Source of the DNA: Pirellulaceae bacterium
GTDB lineage: Bacteria > Planctomycetota > Planctomycetia > Pirellulales > Pirellulaceae
DNA: 25,415 bases
Direction: 5' to 3'
Assembly (NCBI GenBank): GCA_035649415.1
Contig: DASRJP010000151.1
Location: 1-25,415 of the forward strand
The position numbers and the translations under genes are program-made. Under the pieces are notes generated by a model. That model worked only from the letters and a program-made list of their open reading frames with translations. It did no database searches and was not told where the DNA came from. Positions 17,638 to 24,509 of this stretch are shown piece by piece (the stretch's first letter is position 1; every line of letters begins with the position of its first letter).

Positions 17638-17703
17638 GGCGCAGGTCACCATCGATGCAAAGACTTTCTGCTGAAGAGCTTATGTCGTTCATGCGGCCAC
17701 GAT

Positions 17704-18789
17704 ATGCTCGCTGACTACAAACCGCGTTCGCTGGCACTCGTTGGGACTTGTCTTGTTTCGCTACAATTGGCCCGGCTCAATGCTGCTCCTCGCGCCATTC
17801 TGCACCAGAACCGAACATCCCCGCGCGTGACGATTCCGCTTACCCAGATTGACAGCCGCGCCACGGAAGTGCTCATTGCCGTGAATCCAAATGCCGGGTC
17901 ACGCGCGCAGATGCCGATCGTGGAGGACCTGGTCCATCAGCTAACCACCCTGAATTTCCACGCCACGGTCTTCCACGAGATTGACGCGCTGGCTGCGGCA
18001 GCGGCCGAACAGACCGTGGCGGGGACACTCCGGGCGGTGGTCGCGGCGGGGGGGGATGGTACCGCCCGTCTGGTGGCCGAAATGACGCATGAGGGCACCC
18101 CGCTGACCATCCTGCCGCTGGGAACCGAGAACTTGTTGGCTCAGCACCTGGAGCTATCGACAGACACGCGCGCGATCGCACTCCGTATTGCCGCCGGGCT
18201 CACGGTGCGTCTGGATGCGGGTCAGGCCAACGGGCGGCTGTTCACGCTGATGGTGGGATGCGGTTTCGATGCAGACGTCGTACAGCGACTGCACCGCGAC
18301 CGGCGGGGGCACATTCACCATCTGTCGTACATCAAACCGATCGTGGATTCGATCCGTAATTACGACTATCCGCCGCTGCGGGTACACTATCGCAAAGTGA
18401 ACGGAAAATCGGCCGTACTGACGGCGAGGTGGGTGTTTGTGGTGAATTTGCCGCGTTATGCCGGCGGCCTGAATTTCGCCCCGAGCGCCTCGGGTACGGA
18501 CGGACTGCTGGATATTTGCACGTTTCGCGAGGGATCGCTGTGGAGCGGTCTGTTGTATTTGGGCGGCGTCGTGCTCGGACAGCACGAGGCGATGGAAGAC
18601 TTCTTCCAGGCCCACAGCACCGAAATGAAAATCGAATCGAAGGCCCAAGTCCCCTACCAGATTGACGGCGATCCCGGTGGCGAATTGCCGCTGTCGATCA
18701 GCGTGTTGCCGCAGCGGCTGACGGTTCTCGTCACTCGACCGTGGGCCGAGCGTTATGGGTTCGATACCGAGGAACGCGTGATGATGTGA
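17704..18789 (+). CDS. DAGK-catalytic-domain lipid kinase (YegS/BmrU-like)
   Basis: Diacylglycerol-kinase catalytic-domain motifs are present: [27 protein letters not shown]. The ORF-track start (17347) adds 119 arginine-rich residues over an obviously non-coding structured region, so the first plausible start is ATG 17704 (MLADYKPRS...). Stop TGA at 18787-18789. Confidence 0.8.
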   Translation: MLADYKPRSLALVGTCLVSLQLARLNAAPRAILHQNRTSPRVTIPLTQIDSRATEVLIAVNPNAGSRAQMPIVEDLVHQLTTLNFHATVFHEIDALAAAAAEQTVAGTLRAVVAAGGDGTARLVAEMTHEGTPLTILPLGTENLLAQHLELSTDTRAIALRIAAGLTVRLDAGQANGRLFTLMVGCGFDADVVQRLHRDRRGHIHHLSYIKPIVDSIRNYDYPPLRVHYRKVNGKSAVLTARWVFVVNLPRYAGGLNFAPSASGTDGLLDICTFREGSLWSGLLYLGGVVLGQHEAMEDFFQAHSTEMKIESKAQVPYQIDGDPGGELPLSISVLPQRLTVLVTRPWAERYGFDTEERVMM

Positions 18790-19628
18790 ATGCTGCTGCT
18801 CATGACAACCCGGCCGCCATTGGTCCGTACCGCTGCGGGCGCGGCCAGAAGCTGCTGCTGATTGCCGGCCCGTGCGTAATCGAGACGCCGGACCTGACTC
18901 TGTCGATTGCCGTGCGGCTGAAAGAGATCGTCTCCGCTCTTCCGGTGCAGTTGGTGTTCAAGGCTTCCTTCGACAAGGCCAACCGCACCAGCGCCAGCGC
19001 CTTTCGGGGCGCGGGTCTCGACGAGGGCCTGGCGGTCCTGGCCGACGTAAAGCGCCGCATCGGCCTGCCTGTTACGACCGACATCCACGAGTCCCACCAG
19101 GCGGCGCCCGTCGCCGAAGTCTGCGATCTGCTTCAGATCCCGGCATTCTTGGCGAGGCAGACCGACCTGCTGGTGGCCGCGGCCCGCACCGGCCGCGCCG
19201 TGCACGTAAAGAAAGGGCAGTTCATGGCGCCGTGGGACATGCGGCACGTCGTCGACAAGCTGGCGGCCGCCGGCTGCAAAAACATCCTGCTTTGCGAGCG
19301 CGGCACGTTCTTTGGATATGGCCGCCTGATCAACGATATGCGTTCGCTCCCCATGATGCGCGACCTGGGAGTGCCGGTCGTCTTCGATGCCACGCACAGC
19401 GTGCAGGAGCCGGGTGGACTGGGCAGCGCCACGGGCGGCAATCGGGCGATGGTCGAGCCGCTGGCCCGCGCGGCGATGGCCGTCGGCATTGACGGGCTGT
19501 TTTTGGAGACGCATCCCAGTCCCGATTCCGCGCCGAGCGATGGCCCGAACATGCTGCGGCTCGACGACTTGCCCGCAGTTCTCGCGCGGCTACTGGCAAT
19601 CCGGAAGACCGTGGAGAGCTTTTCGTGA
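18786..19628 (+). CDS. kdsA: 3-deoxy-8-phosphooctulonate (Kdo8P) synthase
   Basis: Strong similarity to E. coli KdsA along the whole length ([56 protein letters not shown]). GTG 18786 overlaps the upstream stop (GTGA), with a GAGGAA motif 11 nt upstream. The upstream GTG 18741 is an alternative start. Confidence 0.9.
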   Translation: MNAAAHDNPAAIGPYRCGRGQKLLLIAGPCVIETPDLTLSIAVRLKEIVSALPVQLVFKASFDKANRTSASAFRGAGLDEGLAVLADVKRRIGLPVTTDIHESHQAAPVAEVCDLLQIPAFLARQTDLLVAAARTGRAVHVKKGQFMAPWDMRHVVDKLAAAGCKNILLCERGTFFGYGRLINDMRSLPMMRDLGVPVVFDATHSVQEPGGLGSATGGNRAMVEPLARAAMAVGIDGLFLETHPSPDSAPSDGPNMLRLDDLPAVLARLLAIRKTVESFS

Positions 19629-21469
19629 GATCGCGACTCATTTGCGCGATTGTCCTGCCCGTGGCGGCCGTGCTGGCACTTATTGTGTCGGTGTCTGCGG
19701 GCGGCTGCTCGGTCGATCCCAATGAAAACGTCCCCCAGACGCAGGTCAGCTCGGACATCGTCCAGCCGGTGGACGATCTCACCCTGGCGGCAGGCGCCCT
19801 GGAGTCGATCCCTTCGTCCCCCGACAGCAAGACTGCCGAGCGCGCGCTGTACTATTTCAACAAGTGGATCCACCAGCAGGAAGAAGTGTCGATCGAGGAA
19901 AAACTCGATCCACTGCTGGACAATCTCCCGCAGAGCTACCAAATCGATCGGCTGAAGACCGACTTGCGGCGGCGATCGATCACGGAGAGTGATATTTTCT
20001 ATCTGCTCCAGTGCTCGTGGCTGCGCGACGTAGCGGCCCAAGTGGCGAAACAACCGATTGACGCCGATTTTCAGAAATGGCTGCCGGAACTGGAGCAGTC
20101 GCTGGGGATCGACGACGCCGAACGGCTGGCGCTTGCGCACCGGCTGTTCGACTGGACGATTCGCAACATCCAGCTCGACCCGCTCCCTCCTCAGCCGGCT
20201 CCCCCGAGAGCGACGACAGAAACCAACGATCCGGCTTCCGTCCGGGCTTCGCTTCCCGGTCCGCTGCGGGGCGAACTTGGTCCCGGGTATGGGCACCTCC
20301 CCTGGCAGGTGTTGATTTACGGCCACGGCGACGCCTGGGAGCGGTCGCGAATCTTCATTCTGCTGGCCCGGCAGGCGGGGCTCGATGCCGTGATGCTCGG
20401 CATTCCGCAGACCCAAGGGACCGGCGGCACGCGCCCCTGGATTGCCGCCGTGCTGCTGCGCGACCAATTGTATTTGTTCGATGCGGCGCTGGGATCGCCC
20501 ATCGCAGGACCCGGGGGAAAAGGAATCGCGACACTGGAGCAGGTCGTCGCCGATCTGGGGCTGCTAAGGGCGCTCGATTTGCCTGGCGACACAGCCTATC
20601 CGATTGGCGCCGACGATCTGTCGGAGGTGTCGGCACTGATCGACGGTGAATTGCCGTCGCTGTCGGTGCGCATGCGACTGCTCGAGCCGGCGATTGTTGA
20701 CAAGCGAAAGATGAAGCTGACGACCAGTCCCAGCGAGCTGAAACAGCGGCTGCTGACGTGCAAGCACATCTCCGCGGTCTCGCTGTGGCGCGTCGTGGTC
20801 GAAGCGGAGCTGTATCAGGTTGCGCTGTCGATGGCGCTCTCCAGTGACCCGGCACGCCTGGAGACACACGCGCGTGAGACGGGACTTTTTCTGCCTTCCC
20901 AACCGCTGATGCACGCGCGGCACCTGCACTTGCAGGGGAAATTCGATGCGCCGCCCGAAGGGGAAGAGCAGGCAGGCGCTCGCGAGCGCTATTTCAAGCT
21001 CCGCCCGTCGGACAAGGAGATCGAGGCGCTAGCGAACATGGAAGGAAGAGAGGCGCTGGGAGTGGGAGAGATGGTGCTCCCGACCGATCCCGCCCAGAAA
21101 AAGGCCGTGCTGGAAAGGATGATGGGCATGACGCGCAGCGCCAAACATCATGCCACGTTCTGGATCGGCCTGACGCACTACGAGAGCGGGGACTATGCCG
21201 CCGCCATCGAGTGGTTCCGCGACCGGGTGATTGCCGGCGCTCCGGATTCGCCCTGGCAACACGGCGCGCGATACAACCTGGGGCGCAGCTACGAAGCGCT
21301 GGGCCAGTGGGAAGAGGCTCGCGCGACCTACGTGACCGACGAATCGCCACAGCGGCATGGAAATCTCCTGCGCGCCGCCGCCATCGCCCGAGAACACCTC
21401 CAGGCGGCAGAGGCAAGCGGCGCGACGTCGGCGCCAGCGGACCCGCGATCGGCGGTGAATGACCCCTAG
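19625..21469 (+). CDS. large lipoprotein with degenerate transglutaminase-like core and C-terminal TPR-like repeats
   Basis: GTG 19625 overlaps the kdsA stop (GTGA). Signal peptide plus lipobox ([10 protein letters not shown]). The segment [26 protein letters not shown] ... [10 protein letters not shown] ... LFDAA resembles the transglutaminase-like Cys-His-Asp core with Cys replaced by Ala and His by Arg (inference). The C-terminus has TPR-like helices ([34 protein letters not shown]). Confidence 0.8.
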   Translation: MRSRLICAIVLPVAAVLALIVSVSAGGCSVDPNENVPQTQVSSDIVQPVDDLTLAAGALESIPSSPDSKTAERALYYFNKWIHQQEEVSIEEKLDPLLDNLPQSYQIDRLKTDLRRRSITESDIFYLLQCSWLRDVAAQVAKQPIDADFQKWLPELEQSLGIDDAERLALAHRLFDWTIRNIQLDPLPPQPAPPRATTETNDPASVRASLPGPLRGELGPGYGHLPWQVLIYGHGDAWERSRIFILLARQAGLDAVMLGIPQTQGTGGTRPWIAAVLLRDQLYLFDAALGSPIAGPGGKGIATLEQVVADLGLLRALDLPGDTAYPIGADDLSEVSALIDGELPSLSVRMRLLEPAIVDKRKMKLTTSPSELKQRLLTCKHISAVSLWRVVVEAELYQVALSMALSSDPARLETHARETGLFLPSQPLMHARHLHLQGKFDAPPEGEEQAGARERYFKLRPSDKEIEALANMEGREALGVGEMVLPTDPAQKKAVLERMMGMTRSAKHHATFWIGLTHYESGDYAAAIEWFRDRVIAGAPDSPWQHGARYNLGRSYEALGQWEEARATYVTDESPQRHGNLLRAAAIAREHLQAAEASGATSAPADPRSAVNDP

Positions 21470-21622
21470 AGCGAACCGCCAGCGAGCGCAGCGCCTCTAA
21501 TACCTTCGTACCCCCCAATTCATCGACCTGCGAAAGATTGGCCCACATAGGGTCGCCGCAGAGGCTACGATTGTAGATAATAGGACAACCCTCAAGGCCA
21601 AGATACGCCCAGGAGTTCACTC

Positions 21623-22216
21623 GTGACTGCCGTACTCCAGCGTCCGACGCTCGTGCTCAACCGTAGCTGGCAGCCGGTGCGTGTCAGCACGGTTTCTCGC
21701 GCGCTGATCCTCGTCTGGAACGGCGTGGCCCGCGTCGTCGATCCGCACGACTTTCAGCAGTACGACTGGGACGACTGGTCGCGGATGAAGCCCCCGGAGG
21801 GCGAGCCGTTCATCCGCGCGGTGCGGCAGCACTTCCGCGTGCCGGAGGTGGTGACGCTAACGCACTACGACAAGCTGCCGGTGACGCACGTGGCCTTCAG
21901 CCGCCGCAACCTATTCAAGCGCGACGGCTACAAGTGCCAGTACTGCGGCGCTCACCCCCGGCCGGACGAGCTGACGATCGACCACATCGTTCCGCGCTCG
22001 CGCGGCGGCGAGAGCACGTGGGAAAACTGCGTGTTGGCCTGCATGGAGTGCAACAAGCGCAAGGCGAACCTCACGCCTGATGAGGCCAGCCTGCGGCTCC
22101 GCACCAGGCCGGTCCGCCCGCGCTGGAAGCCGCTGTACGCCTCGAGCCAGATGCCGATCGCCAGTTGGTCGAAGTTCATCAGCGAGGCGTACTGGACGGT
22201 TGAGCTGGAGCGATAG
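21623..22216 (+). CDS. HNH endonuclease
   Basis: 197 aa. HNH/zinc-finger nuclease motif: CQYCG ... ELTIDHIVPRSRGGESTWENCVLACMECNKRKAN. GTG start with an AGGAG Shine-Dalgarno 7 nt upstream. Stand-alone small HNH family (COG1403-like). Confidence 0.85.
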   Translation: MTAVLQRPTLVLNRSWQPVRVSTVSRALILVWNGVARVVDPHDFQQYDWDDWSRMKPPEGEPFIRAVRQHFRVPEVVTLTHYDKLPVTHVAFSRRNLFKRDGYKCQYCGAHPRPDELTIDHIVPRSRGGESTWENCVLACMECNKRKANLTPDEASLRLRTRPVRPRWKPLYASSQMPIASWSKFISEAYWTVELER

Positions 22217-22228
22217 GACGACGAAAAA

Positions 22229-22268
22229 GGCGCGGCGACGGCAAATGCCGTCGCCGCGCCCCATTTTG
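22229..22268. terminator. bidirectional rho-independent terminator between the convergent HNH and SPFH genes
   Basis: Near-perfect 13-15 bp GC stem (GGCGCGGCGACGGCA / TGCCGTCGCCGCGCC) is flanked by GAAAAA on the left and CCATTTTGA on the right. Read on the minus strand the hairpin is followed by TTTTTCG. Confidence 0.6.
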
Positions 22269-22304
22269 ATGCCGTGGTAAGGCAGGCGAGACGCTTGCCC
22301 CACG

Positions 22305-23405
22305 TTACAGCAGGTTGACGATCTTCTCGGCCAGACCCTTCTCACCGAGCACGACGCTCAGCTTGCCGCCGGAAGCGATCTTCTCGAGCACCTCCAGCTC
22401 CTTGAGCCGCATCAGCGTCGGGTTCTCCGCCAGCAGGCGAGCCGTGTTCGCCTGGCTGCGGGCCGCGGCAGTCTCCTCGCGGCGGGTGATCAAGTTGGCC
22501 TCGGCCGCCTTCTTGGCCTCGGTCACCTTGTTCAGCAGGTCCTTCATTTCCCCCGGCAGCATCACGTCCCGGATGCCGACGGAGAGGATTTCCAGACCCA
22601 GCCCGGTCGCGCGGCGACGCACGAGCTGCTCCAGCTCCGCCGCCACGGCATCCTTGCCAGTCAGCAGGGCGTCGAGCTCGCGAGTGCCGACGACCGCCCG
22701 CAGCACGAGCTGCACCTCGCGGTACAGGGCGGTGCGAACGTCCTCGCTGACGCTCACCGCCAGCCGCGGGTCGCTCACGCGGAAGGTCACGACCGCGGTC
22801 AGACGCAGGGTCACCTTGTCGGCAGTCATGATCTCCTGGCCGCCGACGTCGAGCATGGTCTCGCGGAGGTCCACCGGCACCAGCTTCACGCGGGCGACGT
22901 TCTTCCAGAACGCGTACTGCCCCGGCGGCAGAGTCTCGACGAAGTTGCCGTCGATGAGCAGGACGCCGGCGTGACCGGCCTCGACCGCCTGCACGTCGAG
23001 CAGCTTGTCCACGAGCGGCTGGCGGGCGATCGCCGGCAGCTCCTTGTGGGCAAAGCGGACGGTCCGCGCATCGACGAGCTCGACCTCGACCTTGCGGTGC
23101 GTGGTCCAGTAGGCGAACAGCCCCGGCCCCAGCACGTGGCTGAACCGGCCGTCCACCCAGACGAGCGCCCGCTCGTGGTCCTTGAGGTCCAGTACGGTTG
23201 CACGACCAGTCAGCACGCCGCTCTTGGCGATCATGTCGAGCTGCTCGTGGACCAACCACGGCGCGCGGAGCTGGGCGCGCTCAATCTTGAGTTTGCCCCA
23301 CGGATCGAACATCCAGTGGCGGCCCGCGCCGAGCAGTCGCTCGAAGACGCCGTCGCGAAAGACGATGCCGGCCTCGATGGGGCGGATCTTGATGGTCTTG
23401 AACAT
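22305..23405 (-). CDS. SPFH/band-7 (stomatin/prohibitin-like) domain protein
   Basis: The C-terminal roughly 190 aa form a typical SPFH domain plus coiled coil (LRLTAVVTFRVSDP ... ILSVGIRDVMLPGEMKDLLNKVTEAKKAAEANLITRREETAAARSQ). The N-terminal roughly 180 aa have no TM and contain three repeats of the SPFH N-terminal beta-motif. ATG 23405 (MFKTIKI) has a strong AAGGAGG Shine-Dalgarno 8 nt upstream. The ORF-track start (23432) lies inside the repeat element. Confidence 0.85.
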   Translation of the reverse strand: MFKTIKIRPIEAGIVFRDGVFERLLGAGRHWMFDPWGKLKIERAQLRAPWLVHEQLDMIAKSGVLTGRATVLDLKDHERALVWVDGRFSHVLGPGLFAYWTTHRKVEVELVDARTVRFAHKELPAIARQPLVDKLLDVQAVEAGHAGVLLIDGNFVETLPPGQYAFWKNVARVKLVPVDLRETMLDVGGQEIMTADKVTLRLTAVVTFRVSDPRLAVSVSEDVRTALYREVQLVLRAVVGTRELDALLTGKDAVAAELEQLVRRRATGLGLEILSVGIRDVMLPGEMKDLLNKVTEAKKAAEANLITRREETAAARSQANTARLLAENPTLMRLKELEVLEKIASGGKLSVVLGEKGLAEKIVNLL

Positions 23406-23421
23406 GGGATTGACCTCCTTC

Positions 23422-23592
23422 GTAGTAGGCACACTCCGTGTGCCGTCTCGTGCCCAGGCTCTGCCTGGTCACGCACGTACCCGAGGCTCTGCCTCGGAGG
23501 CTTGCTGTGGTCCTTATCTTGTTACGGGTCGCCGAGGCGAAGACTCGTGGCGGGTTGTGTGTGCGGTACGGCACACGGAGTGTGCCTACTAC
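23422..23592. repeat. composite 171-bp element bounded by perfect 24-bp inverted copies of the hairpin repeat (MITE/BIME-like), copies B and C
   Basis: 23422-23445 is GTAGTAGGCACACTCCGTGTGCCG, the exact reverse complement of 23569-23592, CGGCACACGGAGTGTGCCTACTAC. The 123-bp core holds two hairpins with identical CTCTG loops (CCAGG-CTCTG-CCTGG at 23454-23468 and CCGAGG-CTCTG-CCTCGG at 23481-23497). Flanks: CCTTC immediately left, A+CCTTC on the right. Confidence 0.55.
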
Positions 23593-23907
23593 ACCTTCGG
23601 GCAGCGGAGCGAAGCCAATCCCACGAGCACATGCGGAGTGCGCTTGAGCGGCACTGGCCGCGGCTGCGTCCGCAAAGGCCGTACGAGCATCAGCCGGTCG
23701 TGAACGACCGGCTAAGCGGCTCGGCGTGCCCGTGCCTTGGCAGCCCGGCGAGTGCCGCGGCATCCGCGCACTACAGGGCAAGTGCTGGTGTTGCTGTCGA
23801 GGCCGGCGGGACTAAATCCCACCGCTCGCTCGGCAGCAGATCGAATCTTCGCCCGCTCCCCTCCGGTTTTTGGTGGACGCTCTCGCGTCGGTCGGGTTTT
23901 CAGCCCG

Positions 23908-23980
23908 GTGTGGTACAGGAGTCGAACCTGCAACAGCCAGATTAAAAATCTGGTGCTCTATCCAGTTGAGCTAACCACGC
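23908..23980 (-). tRNA. tRNA-Lys (anticodon TTT), with two stem imperfections
   Basis: 73-nt minus-strand cloverleaf. D-arm GCTC-AACTGGATA-GAGC. Anticodon arm CCAGA-TTTTTAA-TCTGG. T-arm GCAGG-TTCGACT-CCTGT. Acceptor GCGTGGT/ACCACAC. It has a C2-A71 mismatch and a G49-U65 wobble. No encoded CCA. Confidence 0.7.
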
Positions 23981-24106
23981 TCTCGATGACGCCGGCGGTA
24001 TAACCCCTGGTCGGAACGGGCCGCGCCAAACGCTCGCGCGTGGGCGGCGACGCCGCGGGACGGGGCGACATCGGCGTAATTTCCCGGCGAGACAATCGCC
24101 GGGAAG

Positions 24107-24178
24107 AGACGTTGGTAGGAGTCGAACCCACAAAAGACCGCTTTGCAGGCGGCCGCCTGGCCGCTTGGCGTCAACGTC
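24107..24178 (-). tRNA. tRNA-Cys (anticodon GCA)
   Basis: 72-nt minus-strand cloverleaf. Perfect acceptor GACGTTG/CAACGTC. Short 3-bp D-stem (GCC/GGC). Anticodon arm GCCGC-CTGCAAA-GCGGT. T-arm GTGGG-TTCGACT-CCTAC. Discriminator T. Confidence 0.8.
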
Positions 24179-24184
24179 GATCGT

Positions 24185-24219
24185 TCAGTCCACAGTCCGG
24201 AGTCCACAGTCCCCAGTCA
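24185..24219. repeat. five tandem heptamers with AGTCC core
   Basis: tcAGTCC acAGTCC ggAGTCC acAGTCC ccAGTCa, located directly upstream (5') of tRNA-Cys on the minus strand. Confidence 0.4.
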
Positions 24220-24225
24220 AATACG

Positions 24226-24259
24226 AAAAAGGCCCGCGATCGCTGCGACCGCGGGCCTG
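24226..24259 (-). terminator. rho-independent terminator (minus strand) downstream of the TolC-like gene
   Basis: 9-bp GC stem AGGCCCGCG / CGCGGGCCT with an 11-nt loop. It is preceded on the plus strand by AAAAA, which is a U-run after the hairpin on the minus-strand transcript. Confidence 0.55.
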
Positions 24260-24485
24260 ATGAAATTTAATTCTCGAGGCGGGTGGTCAGCAGCGTAGCG
24301 GCAGCGCGCCTGTGGGCTGATTGCCGCCGCAGACTAGCTGGCACAAGGATCGCTCGAATCGCAAAGTTCGGACGGTTTGTATCACGTGATTGGCCTCCTC
24401 GTATGAAGATAGGGGACGCGGTCCTGGCGGGGAGGTTCGCGCGAAATCCACAAGACGTGGCAGGCGAGACACCTGCCTCACGGGA

Positions 24486-24509
24486 CGGCGCACGGAGTGT
24501 GCCTACTAC
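24486..24509. repeat. solo copy D of the 24-nt hairpin repeat, abutting the stop codon of the TolC-like gene
   Basis: CGGCGCACGGAGTGTGCCTACTAC has one substitution (A to G) relative to the consensus, and the change keeps the hairpin as a G-U pair. The minus-strand TAA stop (24510-24512) is immediately adjacent. Confidence 0.5.

Noticed and set aside
17347-17703. N-terminal 119-codon extension of the DAGK-like ORF
   Set aside because: The translation is arginine-rich nonsense. The DNA is AT-richer and full of hairpins and inverted repeats. I treat it as a structured non-coding leader and place the start at ATG 17704.
21623-23405. HNH endonuclease + SPFH protein as a two-gene defence or toxin module
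   Set aside because: The genes are convergent and separated by a strong bidirectional terminator, so they are not co-transcribed. No known system has this composition. Retained only as a low-interest note.
23690-23711. 9-bp stem hairpin AGCCGGTCG-TGAA-CGACCGGCT in the spacer between repeat copy C and tRNA-Lys
   Set aside because: It is an isolated GC hairpin with no U-tract and no partner motif. It cannot be distinguished from chance secondary structure in GC-rich DNA.
22971-23945. 324-aa plus-strand ORF spanning the SPFH upstream region and the repeat element
   Set aside because: It runs antisense through the SPFH gene, across both 24-mer copies and into tRNA-Lys. It has no coding signal.
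24378-24387. Perfect 10-bp palindrome ATCACGTGAT in the 3' UTR of the efflux gene
   Set aside because: Single occurrence and a short CACGTG-type palindrome expected by chance. There is no neighbouring gene it could regulate.
3493-24509. Possibility that the 24-nt repeats are a CRISPR array
   Set aside because: The copies are not regularly spaced. They occur in both orientations and 20 kb apart. There are no uniform spacers and no cas genes.
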